From: a virus
IMG/VR virus record: IMGVR_UViG_3300035135_002626
Length of the DNA: 64,000 nt
Strand: one strand, 5' to 3'
Numbering within the stretch: the stretch's first letter is position 1; each line of letters starts with the position of its first letter. The notes below the pieces were generated by a model. The model was not told the DNA's origin. It did not search any database and worked only from the letters and a program-made list of their open reading frames with translations. Shown here one piece after another: positions 1 through 10,203 of the stretch. The position numbers and the translations under genes were made by a program.

Positions 1-243
1 ACATTTGACGGTCGTTTATACTTTAAAAAGAACGACGGTAGTGGCGAACAAATTGTAACTATCCTAGAAGTAACTGAAGAAAACTTAGCAATTGACAGTA
101 GTCAACTTACTTACAGTACTTCAAACAATTTGAAAAATGTAATCAATGACCTCGACGATGCTATTGCTGCAGTCGCTAGCGGCGGCGGTGGAATTGGATC
201 TCACGAGCACGACGACTTGTTTGCATTGATTTTTGCAGTGTAA
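1..243 (+). CDS. 3' end of a virion structural/fibre protein (partial, begins before window)
   Basis: Frame 1 is open from base 1 to TAA at 241-243: TFDGRLYFKKNDGSGEQIVTILEV...GGGGIGSHEHDDLFALIFAV*. It is missing from the ORF track (no start codon in window). The 'TxDGxLYxKK' pattern resembles short phage fibre knobs. Confidence 0.75.
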   Translation, partial: TFDGRLYFKKNDGSGEQIVTILEVTEENLAIDSSQLTYSTSNNLKNVINDLDDAIAAVASGGGGIGSHEHDDLFALIFAV

Positions 244-252
244 GGTAAGTGT

Positions 253-588
253 ATGCCAAATACGTTTAAGTTAAAAACATTTGACGGTAGTTTGCAGTCT
301 AAAAACACTTTTGCTAGTGTTTATACTGTTCCTGCATCAACTACTGCCATGGTTCTCGGACTTGGATGTGCTAATATTTTACCAGACACTATTTTTGTTG
401 ACGTTAAAGTTTTAAACAACGACGGCGACGATGTTTATTATATTAAAGACGCTCCTATTGTTCCGGGTAGTACTCTGGAATGTATGGGCGGCAACCGTAT
501 CGCACTAGAAGTAGGTGATGAAGTACAAGTACGAGCAAACTGGGATAACAGTTTTAACGTACTAATGACAGTATTGGAGATAACATAA
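253..588 (+). CDS. small conserved phage structural protein (MxNTFK...YTVP...VLEIT type)
   Basis: 111-aa ORF with AAGG SD-like site upstream. Motifs YTVPASTT, KDAPIVPGSTLE, GNRIALEVGD and the C-terminal LEIT match a small beta-rich protein family I recall from marine phage tail regions. Confidence 0.75.
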   Translation: MPNTFKLKTFDGSLQSKNTFASVYTVPASTTAMVLGLGCANILPDTIFVDVKVLNNDGDDVYYIKDAPIVPGSTLECMGGNRIALEVGDEVQVRANWDNSFNVLMTVLEIT

Positions 589-589
589 G

Positions 590-1207
590 ATGCCTTATCT
601 CGGTAATGATCCCAATACTGGTGTATACAAAACAAAACGATTTACATATGTTTATACTGCAGGTATCGGCCAAGGTACCTTTAGCGGTGCAGACGATAAC
701 GGCGAAACACTTTACTTGCCAAAGTTTGGTGAAGTACTTGTATTCTTAGATGGTGTACTTGTTCCTCCTACTAGTTATTCGCAAGGTGTTGACAGTGTTA
801 CACTTACTACTAGTCCTGCAGCAGGTACTGAAGTACAAATTATTACAGAACTTGAAAGTTCTTTAATTGATGCTTATACTCGTACTGAAACAAATAATGC
901 AATTGACAATCGTTTAGGTATATGGTATAATCAAAACACAGACTTTACTGCAGCACCACAAGGCAAATACTTTGTAGATGTTAGTTTAAACACCGTAACA
1001 GTTACACTACCACTAACACCTGACTTTGGCAACGAAGTTAAAATTGTTGATATTAAAGGCAACTCAAGAACCAATCCAATTACAGTTAATCGCAATGGAC
1101 ACAACATTATGGGTGTTGGAGAAAATCTAGTTATTAACAGTAACCGTGCTGCACTAGGATTAGTGTATTTTGATGCAAGCGAAGGCTGGGTACTTACAGA
1201 TAAATAA
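590..1207 (+). CDS. virion structural protein: 'YTA..GQ.TF' beta module plus C-terminal 'FVD...TLP..P..G..V' domain
   Basis: 205 aa. The C-terminal ~95 aa (KYFVDVSLNTVTVTLPLTP...VYFDASEGWVLTDK) is paralogous to the C-terminus of the 5807-aa protein (NFFVDTSGGALTISLPANP...VYYNATNGWVLHEK). Confidence 0.8.
   Translation: MPYLGNDPNTGVYKTKRFTYVYTAGIGQGTFSGADDNGETLYLPKFGEVLVFLDGVLVPPTSYSQGVDSVTLTTSPAAGTEVQIITELESSLIDAYTRTETNNAIDNRLGIWYNQNTDFTAAPQGKYFVDVSLNTVTVTLPLTPDFGNEVKIVDIKGNSRTNPITVNRNGHNIMGVGENLVINSNRAALGLVYFDASEGWVLTDK
1200..1206 (+). promoter_or_regulatory. T4-like late promoter box ATAAATA
   Basis: ATAAATA overlaps the upstream stop codon, 27 nt before ATG 1234. T4 gp55 late consensus is TATAAATA. 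Confidence 0.55.
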
Positions 1208-1233
1208 TACTATTATTATGAGGATCTGTTTGC

Positions 1234-3390
1234 ATGTCATTTGCGTTAGCTCACAAACGAAGACAAATTTTTACATACACTGCTATTTTAAACCAAGTCA
1301 CATTTGGCGGAACTGATGACTTGTCAAACACTCTTGACTTTCCAACAGGTGCAACACACAAAGTATACCATAACGATGGTTATGTAGATCCTAACAATTA
1401 TCTTATTTTAAATAACAGTGTAATTTTTAACACTGCACCAAACATTGACAACGGTACACATACAATTAAAATTATTGTACAAACGTTAGAATCGTCAATG
1501 AATGATTATGCATTTAAAATTAAAACAAGTGCAGATGATACTGAAGCATACCTAGTTCAAAACGATCCTAATTACAATCCAACAGATCCTAATACATATT
1601 ACAGTAAAATTAAAATCGAAGATGATTATCTTGTAGCAAAAGATTATGCACACCAAAACTATGCAATTGGTGCAGCAATGGACGCAATTAGTGATAGTAA
1701 ATCATTTGCACAAGCAGAAGTACTGCAAGAAGTTAGCCGTGCTACTAGTGCAGAAAGTGATTTAGATACAAGACTTGCTATACTAGAAGCAGCGGCAAAT
1801 CAAGGCTACGAACTTAACACGTTTACTGCTACACAAGGTCAAACAACATTTACAATGGATTATGATGTTAACATGATTGCAGTGTTCATAAACGGTATTT
1901 TACTTGACGAATCAGACTATACAGCAACTACAGGTACAGAAATTGTACTAGTAGAAGCCTGTGACGCAGGAGACATTGTTAGTATTCCGGAATATTCAAC
2001 AAGTGGTGCAGTACAACAAGCAAATCAAGTAACAACATATTCAGGTGCAAATGCATTGCCAAGCAGTAACAACACAGTAGGAGATTTTGCATTCACTACT
2101 GATACAAAAAGTTTATATATTTGGAATGGTAGTGCGTGGGATAGAGTTTATAATGGTCCAAACCAAACAGTGTCTTGGACTACACAAGCACTTGCAAGTT
2201 ATACACTTGCTACAGATGGGTCAGATACAACTATCACAACACTAGCAAGTGATCCGGAAGGATTTGATATTACATATGGTTATGTAACGTCTCCTAGTAC
2301 ACAAGCACAAGCAACTATTGTAAACAACAACGATGGCACGTTTACACTAACACCAAGCACAGACAGTGCAGACAATGGTACATTTACATTTAGAGCAACA
2401 GCAACAGATGGTGTACATATTATTTCAACAGACTCGACTGTTGAACTTGCACTTACTGGCAGCGGCAGTGGAGGTGGTGGCAGCTGGTATGGCGACAGGG
2501 CAGTAGTAATGGGTGGTTTAACCACCACAGCTATTAATACAATTGAATACTTTGATATTACTACCACCGGTAACTCTGCAGATTTTGGAGATTTATCTGA
2601 GGCTATCTATATAACATCGGCAATGTCAGATAGCACATATGGTGTAAGAACTGGCGGTTTCTCTCCAGCTGATTCTTTAAGACGTAACACAATTGAATAC
2701 ATTACTATTGCAACAGCAGGAAATACTACTGATTTTGGAGATATGACTGTACTAGCATCGCAACATGGCTCGGCTAGCGATGGAACATATGGAATAATGG
2801 CAGGCGGTATAAATGCTACAGGCGTCGGTAATAGTAATAATGATATACAACGAATAACTATTGCAACTCCGAGTAATGCATCTGACTTCGGCGATCTTTC
2901 TAACCAATGGGACGAACTCGCAGGAGTAGCTGATGCAACATACGCTTTGTTTGGCGGCGGACAGTTAAATAGTTCTGTAGTTAATACTATTGAATATGTA
3001 ACAATATCTTCTCCGTCGAATTCAAGTGATTTTGGAGATCTTACTACATCTAGAAGGTTTACAAATAATTCTGCATCTGGGGATACTACTCGTGCGCTGT
3101 TTGGCGGCGGTCAGATTACATTCCCAAACGGAGAAGTGACTATAGATTATGTTACTATTGCTACCCCCGGCAATGCAACTGACTTCGGCGATCTTACATC
3201 GGGTGCCAGAGGTATTTCATCAACTTCTAACGGAACTTACAGTACATTTATTGGCGGATTTAGACCAACTTCTACTAGTAGTAATATAATAGATTATGTT
3301 ACTATACAAACTATCAGCAATGCCAGTGACTTTGGTGATCTGACAGAACCTAAATGGGGAACTTCTGCTACATCAGGGAGCCCTTCATAA
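1234..3390 (+). CDS. modular fibre/adhesin: baseplate-type beta modules, knob, Ig-like spacer, six-repeat Kelch-like head
   Basis: 718 aa with GAGGA SD. N-terminus is paralogous to the 62324 ORF (NDPNYNPTDPNTYYSKIKIE vs NDPAYDPLDTNTYYSDIKIE). Head starts at WYGDR (~2485) and has six 'I(D/E)Y.TI.T..N..DFGDL' repeats. Confidence 0.8.
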   Translation: MSFALAHKRRQIFTYTAILNQVTFGGTDDLSNTLDFPTGATHKVYHNDGYVDPNNYLILNNSVIFNTAPNIDNGTHTIKIIVQTLESSMNDYAFKIKTSADDTEAYLVQNDPNYNPTDPNTYYSKIKIEDDYLVAKDYAHQNYAIGAAMDAISDSKSFAQAEVLQEVSRATSAESDLDTRLAILEAAANQGYELNTFTATQGQTTFTMDYDVNMIAVFINGILLDESDYTATTGTEIVLVEACDAGDIVSIPEYSTSGAVQQANQVTTYSGANALPSSNNTVGDFAFTTDTKSLYIWNGSAWDRVYNGPNQTVSWTTQALASYTLATDGSDTTITTLASDPEGFDITYGYVTSPSTQAQATIVNNNDGTFTLTPSTDSADNGTFTFRATATDGVHIISTDSTVELALTGSGSGGGGSWYGDRAVVMGGLTTTAINTIEYFDITTTGNSADFGDLSEAIYITSAMSDSTYGVRTGGFSPADSLRRNTIEYITIATAGNTTDFGDMTVLASQHGSASDGTYGIMAGGINATGVGNSNNDIQRITIATPSNASDFGDLSNQWDELAGVADATYALFGGGQLNSSVVNTIEYVTISSPSNSSDFGDLTTSRRFTNNSASGDTTRALFGGGQITFPNGEVTIDYVTIATPGNATDFGDLTSGARGISSTSNGTYSTFIGGFRPTSTSSNIIDYVTIQTISNASDFGDLTEPKWGTSATSGSPS

Positions 3391-4709
3391 TGGCAATAAA
3401 CTTTCCAAATAATCCAATAAACGGTGATACACACGTAGTAGACAACATTACATATGTTTACGACGGTCCAAACGGTAAATGGGATATATCAGATCAAAGT
3501 ACAGTTTATGGTAACTTAGCAGACATTAGCCAAGACATCTTACCTAGACTAGATGCACAATACGATTTAGGTTCTAGCGGTCGTCGTTGGAAAGACTTAT
3601 ATTTGTCAGGCACATCAATTGACTTAGGCGGACTAGTATTAACAAATAACAATGGCACACTTAATGTAGACGGTGCTGCAGTTGGGTCCGGTGGAGGCGG
3701 CAGTTCGACACCTGCATTAAATGGTGACGGAACAGTTAACGAACCACCGATGGTGTTAACAGAACCAGCAACAACACACACTCTTAACAGTGATGGTTCT
3801 ACAAGTACTGTTACTATGTTAGCAGAAGACCCAGACGGTGGGTCTATAACTTATGGTATTGCATATAAAAATTCAGGTAATACGAGACCTGCTCAATTAG
3901 CAGCAGATACTACAGTTGATGCCAATGGAGTTTATACATTTACACCGTCGTCAACATCAACTGATGGAGGTTCATTTACTGCCAGATTGTCTGCAACCGA
4001 CGGTGTAAGTGTTATAACCAGATTTGTTGATTTTTCATTAACATTTATTCAAAGTATGTTTGAACCTACAGGAACTACACTATTATTAGGCGTATCATTT
4101 GATAGTGGAGACACTTCAGTAACAGGAACATATACTATTACTGCTCCTGGTGCATTAACGTTCTCGTCAGACGGACAAGGTGTAGCAAATACTGAGTATG
4201 CAACTGGCTGGAGTATAAACACTAATTACTTAACAATCCCTGAATTAGCTGCAGCAGACAGTGGTGCAGATAAAACATATATTGCATGGTATAAAGGAAC
4301 ACAAACATCTGTTGTTACTCCTACAAATTATACTCCAGGTGTTCCGATATTTGGAGATAATAGAAGTTCTACGTGGGTAGGATTTGGAATAGACGGCGGC
4401 AATATTGCTGTAATGGCCGATAATACAGCATACACAGGTACTACTACAGTAACAGATGACACTTGGCATATGTTAGCATGGACTTATTCATCTACAAATA
4501 GTGTTAATGCATTTGTTGACGGAACACAAGAAATAACAAATGCTAATTTAACTGGAGGAGTCGGAAACAATCGAGTTGATCAGATTGGTAACGGATATCC
4601 ATACAGTGGAGTGGCTGCACCAACAGCATTAGACAATATTCAGATATTCAACGGAATACTATCACAATCGGAAATACAAGAAATTTATAATAAAGCTGTA
4701 GGTGCATAA
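3390..4709 (+). CDS. fibre/adhesin with FP N-module, Ig-like spacer and C-terminal LamG/ConA-like domain
   Basis: Start revised from 3354 to ATG 3390 (TAATG overlap; begins MAINFP like its paralogs), giving 439 aa. C-terminus WHMLAWTY..VNAFVDG...QIFNGILSQSEIQEIY is a LamG-like signature. Confidence 0.8.
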   Translation: MAINFPNNPINGDTHVVDNITYVYDGPNGKWDISDQSTVYGNLADISQDILPRLDAQYDLGSSGRRWKDLYLSGTSIDLGGLVLTNNNGTLNVDGAAVGSGGGGSSTPALNGDGTVNEPPMVLTEPATTHTLNSDGSTSTVTMLAEDPDGGSITYGIAYKNSGNTRPAQLAADTTVDANGVYTFTPSSTSTDGGSFTARLSATDGVSVITRFVDFSLTFIQSMFEPTGTTLLLGVSFDSGDTSVTGTYTITAPGALTFSSDGQGVANTEYATGWSINTNYLTIPELAAADSGADKTYIAWYKGTQTSVVTPTNYTPGVPIFGDNRSSTWVGFGIDGGNIAVMADNTAYTGTTTVTDDTWHMLAWTYSSTNSVNAFVDGTQEITNANLTGGVGNNRVDQIGNGYPYSGVAAPTALDNIQIFNGILSQSEIQEIYNKAVGA

Positions 4710-4732
4710 ATTATTCTTTAATTTTAATTTAG

Positions 4733-4740
4733 TATAAATA
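4733..4740 (+). promoter_or_regulatory. T4-like late promoter TATAAATA
   Basis: Exact TATAAATA in intergenic DNA, 23 nt before ATG 4764. Confidence 0.75.
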
Positions 4741-4763
4741 TATTAAAATGAGAAAGAAAACTA

Positions 4764-7187
4764 ATGGCTATTGAATTTCCAGCAAACCCATCAGACTCTG
4801 ATTCCTTTGTTGCAAACAATGTGACATACATTTACGATGGCACATTAGGTGTTTGGAACATCTATTCAGGTACTACATACAACGGCGGCTTCGGCGGCAG
4901 CGGCGGAGCAAGTGTTACAATTGGTGACAGTGCACCTACTAGTCCAAGCAACGGCGATATGTGGTGGGAATCAGATGTTGGTAGATTAAAAATTTACTAT
5001 GACGACGGCGACACAGCACAGTGGGTTGATGCTACACCAACTAGTAACACAGTAGGCGGATCAAACAGTGTAATTGCTCCTACGGCAATTGGTATTATTA
5101 ATGGTACAAGTGGAACAGGAACTGGACTGTCATGGGGTAATTGGGATGCAGTTGCCGGAACATTAGATATTACATTTGATAATGCACAACCAGATGCAAA
5201 CTACGCAGTTGTCTCAGACGGTGAATTTCAAGACGACGGTCGTCATGTTTCTGTACAAAATAAAACTACTACTGGATTTGAAATTAGTTTATATGACGGC
5301 AGCGGAAATGTAAATACGCCAAGTGCGTTAAACTTGTTTACTATTATTGTTTATGCGTCAACTCCTACACAGTTAGTACAAACAAATCCGTACAGTGATG
5401 GAAACGTTGACTCACACTTAAATGTAAGTGGTGCTACAACAGGCGAAGTATTAAGTTGGACAGGCACAGATTATGATTGGGTTACAGCCGCAAGTGGTGG
5501 TGCTAGTGTTACTACTAGCGATACAGCACCAAGTAATCCGAGCGAAGGTGACTTGTGGTATGATACAACTGAACTAACAACTTATGTATATTACAATGAC
5601 GGTGATAGCAGTCAATGGGTAAACGCTAGTCCAAATGGAATGAGTGCAAGTCTTAATATTTCAGACACTGCGCCAACAAACCCAAGTGATGGTGATTTAT
5701 GGTTTGACAGTACTACACTAAAAACATTTGTTTATTATAATGATGGAAGCAGTAGTCAATGGGTAACACTTGTTCCAACCGCAGGCGGAACTGGTGGCGG
5801 AGTAACAACTTATGCTGACACAGCAACACTGGTTCAAGAATCACCTGACGCAGGTTCATTGGGATATGTAACAGCAAACAATAACTTATATCTATATAAC
5901 GGATCTGGTTGGAGTAAAGTAGATACTACTAATAGTGCACCAGTCATTAACAGTGTACAGGATGCAAGTGCAAACACAACTCCATTTAGTTTTGCAACAG
6001 ATGGCACACCTACAGTAATTACAGTTGATGCTACAGACCCTGAAGGCTTTCCGTTGACTTATAGTTATAGTGTAACTAGCGGATCACTTGGAACAACTGC
6101 AACAGTTACACAAGGAACAGGTGCACAATCAAATGAATTTACACTTACACCAGGAACAAACGATCCTGCAGATGTTGGTACATTTGAATTAACATTTAGT
6201 GTAACAGACGGAGTTGAAACTTCTACTAGTGTTGCTGATTTTTCATTAGCGTTTTTTACGCCCTGGTATGGTGATAGGGGATTATTACAATATCAACAAA
6301 ACGCTACTCCTTATACTGAATATGCCGCCGTTGTTGATATTACTACAAATAGTAATGCTACGTATTGGGGAGACTTAACAGTACATGGTAACTATACATC
6401 GGCTGCAAGCGATGCTACAATTGGTGTTTGGAACGGAGCCGGCCTACAAGGTCCTATGAGTTATATGACTTTTGCTACTCAAGGTAATAGCGTATCATTT
6501 GGCGATGGTAACACGTTTGGTAATGTAAACTCAGCACATAACATGCAAAGTAATGGTACATACGGAATGATTATGGGTGGTTATCAATCAAATGCAACCC
6601 CACAAGACGGTATTCCACAAGGCTATGTCGAAGTTATTCAGCGTTTTACATTTGCCCAGACTTCAACTAGACCCACCGATCATGGTAATTTGCGTCTTGG
6701 AGGCACTTTTTATGCCGGTGGTGGGATATCAAGTGCTACTAAATCATTTATTTTAGGCGGTAGTACAGACACTATTAATTATGTTCAAGCCATTGATACA
6801 GTATCTTTTGCAACTCCGAGTAATTCTACTCAATTTGGTAATATGAGCGTAGGTGCAATTTGGGCTGCTGGTTTAAGTGATGAAACACGTGGAGTTTATG
6901 CATTAGGATATACAGGTGGTCATAATAATATAATTGAATATGTAACAATGGATACTCCTAGTAATGCTACAGATTTTGGAGATCTTCAACACACTAAACG
7001 AGCAGTTGGTGCAACAAATAATGCAACAAGAGGTATATTCTGGGGCGGTTATAGCGGATCGGTTTGGTATAACAATATCGACGTAATTACCATTCAAACT
7101 ACAGGTAATGCTAGTAACTTTGGATCTATGCCAATTGCAGGATTTTCAGGAATGTATGAAAGACAAGGTTGCTCAGGAAATGCATAA
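4764..7187 (+). CDS. fibre/adhesin: FP module, three GDLW knobs, small beta domain, Ig-like spacer, Kelch-like head
   Basis: 807 aa. Knobs PTSPSNGDMW, PSNPSEGDLW and PTNPSDGDLW; ITFDNAQPDANYAV..NKTTTGFEI segment (H-lectin/gp53-like by eye); DGTPTVIT..DPE spacer; WYGDRG head. Confidence 0.8.
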   Translation: MAIEFPANPSDSDSFVANNVTYIYDGTLGVWNIYSGTTYNGGFGGSGGASVTIGDSAPTSPSNGDMWWESDVGRLKIYYDDGDTAQWVDATPTSNTVGGSNSVIAPTAIGIINGTSGTGTGLSWGNWDAVAGTLDITFDNAQPDANYAVVSDGEFQDDGRHVSVQNKTTTGFEISLYDGSGNVNTPSALNLFTIIVYASTPTQLVQTNPYSDGNVDSHLNVSGATTGEVLSWTGTDYDWVTAASGGASVTTSDTAPSNPSEGDLWYDTTELTTYVYYNDGDSSQWVNASPNGMSASLNISDTAPTNPSDGDLWFDSTTLKTFVYYNDGSSSQWVTLVPTAGGTGGGVTTYADTATLVQESPDAGSLGYVTANNNLYLYNGSGWSKVDTTNSAPVINSVQDASANTTPFSFATDGTPTVITVDATDPEGFPLTYSYSVTSGSLGTTATVTQGTGAQSNEFTLTPGTNDPADVGTFELTFSVTDGVETSTSVADFSLAFFTPWYGDRGLLQYQQNATPYTEYAAVVDITTNSNATYWGDLTVHGNYTSAASDATIGVWNGAGLQGPMSYMTFATQGNSVSFGDGNTFGNVNSAHNMQSNGTYGMIMGGYQSNATPQDGIPQGYVEVIQRFTFAQTSTRPTDHGNLRLGGTFYAGGGISSATKSFILGGSTDTINYVQAIDTVSFATPSNSTQFGNMSVGAIWAAGLSDETRGVYALGYTGGHNNIIEYVTMDTPSNATDFGDLQHTKRAVGATNNATRGIFWGGYSGSVWYNNIDVITIQTTGNASNFGSMPIAGFSGMYERQGCSGNA

Positions 7188-7197
7188 AGGATAACAA

Positions 7198-8700
7198 ATG
7201 GCACAGAATTTTCCAAACAGTCCAACAAACGGTGACACAACAGTAATAAACGGTATTACATATACTTACGTTAGTGCTTCTAGTAAATGGAGAGCAACAC
7301 AAGTTGGCGGCAGTGGAGCAAGTAGTGGCGGCGCAGGTGTGACAACTTATGCTGATACAGCAACAATGGTTACAGCGGCGCCGGATGCAGGCTCATTGGG
7401 ATACGTAACTGCTAACGAAAATTTGTATATTTACAATGGATCCGGATGGAGTAAAGTAGATACTACTAACCTTTCTCCGGTTATTAATAGTGTACAAGAC
7501 GCAAGTGCAAACACATCTCCATTTAATTTAGCAACTGACGGAACACCTACTGTGATTACTGTTAGTGCAACTGATCCAGAAGGCTTTCCGTTAACATATA
7601 CATATGGTGTAACTAGCGGATCACTTGGTACTACAGCAACAGTTACACAAGGAACTGCACCAAACACAAATGAATTTACAATTACACCTGGCACAAATGA
7701 TCCTGCAGATGCTGGTTCGTTTGAACTAACATTTACTGTAGACGATGGTGTTACTACAGCGGCAACTTCAGTAGCCGATTTTACTTTATCATTTGTTACT
7801 GCACATAATAACGTAACAGCATTTGCTTCTGGTGGTGTTACAAACGTAGGTGTTTCAGATACTATTGACTATTGGTCTACATCACTTTCTGGAACTCAAG
7901 CAACAGTATTTGGAAATATGGCAACAGCATCGTATCGTCAAGGCGCACTTGCAGATGGTCCTGGAGGAAGAGGATGTATATTTGCTGGAGGGTGGAGTCC
8001 AATGGTCGATACTATTCAATATATTACTGTTGCCACTCCTGGTAATGCACAATCGTTTGGAACTATTTCCAGTGGTACAAGAACTATAGCAGGTGGATGT
8101 AGTGATTATACTTATGGTGTAATATTAGCAGGTAATCAAGGCGGTAGTGGTGGCACTCAGACTGATTTAAAAGTTATGGATAGATTTACAGTACAGACAC
8201 TAGGTAATACTACAGATCACGGAGATTTAGTAAACGATCATAATGCATCAATGTCAGCAACTTCACCTGCAGGATCTTCAAGAGGTGTAGTCACAGGTGG
8301 TTTTAGTTCTACTACTATGGAATACTTTGATATTTCAACTCCTGGCAATGCGGCAGTATTTGGTAATACTACAGGTGATGCAATGGGTCATTGTGCTGGT
8401 ATGTCAGATGATACTTATGCAGTATTTGGACCAGATGACGATGGAAACGACAATGCTTTAGAATATATTACTGTAGACACGCTCGGTAATGCACAATCGT
8501 TTGGCACAATATCACAGGCACGTTATTATTGTGCAGGAACTGATAATTTGACATACGGATTTTTAGTCGGCGGAGAAAAAAGTGGTGTTAATAGTTTTAT
8601 TCATGTAACAGAAGTAGTTACAATTGCAACTCCAGGTAATGCATCTAATTTTAATACTTTATCAATCGGAAGACAAGCCGCAAGTGCAGCCGCCGCATAG
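7198..8700 (+). CDS. fibre/adhesin: FP module, knob, Ig-like spacer, divergent Kelch-like head
   Basis: 500 aa. Stalk is nearly identical in protein to that of the 4764 ORF. Head keeps 'YITV.T.GNA..FG' repeats but lacks the GDR start. Ends at TAG. Confidence 0.8.
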   Translation: MAQNFPNSPTNGDTTVINGITYTYVSASSKWRATQVGGSGASSGGAGVTTYADTATMVTAAPDAGSLGYVTANENLYIYNGSGWSKVDTTNLSPVINSVQDASANTSPFNLATDGTPTVITVSATDPEGFPLTYTYGVTSGSLGTTATVTQGTAPNTNEFTITPGTNDPADAGSFELTFTVDDGVTTAATSVADFTLSFVTAHNNVTAFASGGVTNVGVSDTIDYWSTSLSGTQATVFGNMATASYRQGALADGPGGRGCIFAGGWSPMVDTIQYITVATPGNAQSFGTISSGTRTIAGGCSDYTYGVILAGNQGGSGGTQTDLKVMDRFTVQTLGNTTDHGDLVNDHNASMSATSPAGSSRGVVTGGFSSTTMEYFDISTPGNAAVFGNTTGDAMGHCAGMSDDTYAVFGPDDDGNDNALEYITVDTLGNAQSFGTISQARYYCAGTDNLTYGFLVGGEKSGVNSFIHVTEVVTIATPGNASNFNTLSIGRQAASAAAA

Positions 8701-8715
8701 AAAAAAGGATAACAA

Positions 8716-10203
8716 ATGGCAGTAAACTTTCCAGATAGTCCAACAAATGGCGACACAACAGTAATAAATGGCGCAACATATACCTGGGATGGTGTTAAAT
8801 GGGACACAACTAGTTTTGCTAGTAATGTTACAGCAACATATGATAGTCCGCTAAACTTACCAACTACAGGATTAACAAACGGTGATGTTGCTTGGGTTGG
8901 TGGAAGTACTAACAAATTATATATTAGTAACGGTACAGGATGGCTTAGTGCAACACTAACAAATAGTGCACCTGTTATTAATAGCGTACAAGACGCAAGC
9001 GCAGGTACAACTCCATTTAGTTTAGCAACTGACGGAACACCTACAGTAATTACCGTTGACGCAACTGATCCTGAGAGTTTTGGATTAACATATACGTATA
9101 GTGTAACCAGCGGAGCACTAGGCACTACAGCAACAGTAAGCCAAGCAGATAATGTGTTTACAATTACTCCTAGTACAAGCGAAGCAAACGCTGGTACATT
9201 TGGGTTAACATTTAGTGTATACGATGGGGTTAATACAGTTACAAGTGTTGCTGATTTTAGTCTTGCATTTACTGCAATGTATGGTGACAGGGGATTATTT
9301 GCAGGTGGTAATTCACCATCAGCAAGTAACGCAGTTGAGTATATAGACATTACAACAGCAAGTGATGCGGCTACGTTTGGTACATTAAGTACAGGAATTT
9401 CGCATGGCGGCACAGCATCAAATGGCACAATAGGCATATTTTATGGAATAAATGCAAATTCAACTGCATCTCACCGAGATTATTTTACTATACCTAGTAA
9501 CCCTGGTGCTGTGACAGCATCCGAAGCTGGTGCTCTTTCAACTGGTCGTAAAGAACCCGGAAGTGCAGGAGACGGAACATATGGTACGTTTGCAGGTAGT
9601 GTGCCAACTAGTAGTAATAGTAATACCACATTAAGTTCAATTGAATATATAACTATAGCAACAACATCTGCAGGTGCAACTTTTGCTAATCTATCAGCAA
9701 CAACTGGTAGTTTAGCAGGAGCAAGTGACGGAACAAATGCTTATTATTTCGGTGGATATAATTATCAACTTACAAGTAATTGGGACAACAATAGAATAGA
9801 AACATTAGTTATTGCTACACAAGGGCAACAGTCTAGTTTTGGTAACTTAGCAAGTGACAGATATAATCACAGTGCAGCAGGTAACGAAACGTACGGTGTT
9901 ATTGCTGGTGGTGGACCTGATGGTACACAAACTCCAAACTCAACTATAGAGAGAATTGCTTATGCAACACAGACAACTGCTACTAGTTTTGGTAGTTTAA
10001 ATGGCGGCGGGCGATGGAAAAACGGTAGTCTTAATAACGATACATATGCAATTTTTGCAGGGGGCTATACACTAGGACCTGATACTTATTATGGAACAAT
10101 GAATGTTGTGACAATAGATAGCGCAGGAGGATCTTCTGCATTTGGTAATTTAGGTACAAATAGAGGTGACGGTGTTAGAGGTCTATCGGGAAGTCCAGCA
10201 TAA
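8716..10203 (+). CDS. fibre/adhesin: FP module, knob, Ig-like spacer, Kelch-like head
   Basis: 495 aa with AGGA SD; MAVNFPDSPTNGD start; MYGDRG head ending SGSPA. Confidence 0.8.
   Translation: MAVNFPDSPTNGDTTVINGATYTWDGVKWDTTSFASNVTATYDSPLNLPTTGLTNGDVAWVGGSTNKLYISNGTGWLSATLTNSAPVINSVQDASAGTTPFSLATDGTPTVITVDATDPESFGLTYTYSVTSGALGTTATVSQADNVFTITPSTSEANAGTFGLTFSVYDGVNTVTSVADFSLAFTAMYGDRGLFAGGNSPSASNAVEYIDITTASDAATFGTLSTGISHGGTASNGTIGIFYGINANSTASHRDYFTIPSNPGAVTASEAGALSTGRKEPGSAGDGTYGTFAGSVPTSSNSNTTLSSIEYITIATTSAGATFANLSATTGSLAGASDGTNAYYFGGYNYQLTSNWDNNRIETLVIATQGQQSSFGNLASDRYNHSAAGNETYGVIAGGGPDGTQTPNSTIERIAYATQTTATSFGSLNGGGRWKNGSLNNDTYAIFAGGYTLGPDTYYGTMNVVTIDSAGGSSAFGNLGTNRGDGVRGLSGSPA
9172..9219 (+). 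repeat. 48-nt repeat with one mismatch shared between adjacent adhesin stalks (second copy 12024-12071)
   Basis: AGTACAAGCGAAGCAAACGC(T/C)GGTACATTTGGGTTAACATTTAGTGTA, in the Ig-like spacer just upstream of the variable head. Confidence 0.8.

Noticed and set aside
8698-8716. TAG readthrough/recoding fusing the in-frame ORFs 7198 and 8716
   Set aside because: An in-frame TAA follows at 8710-8712, and 8716 has its own SD and N-module; the standard genetic code explains every ORF.
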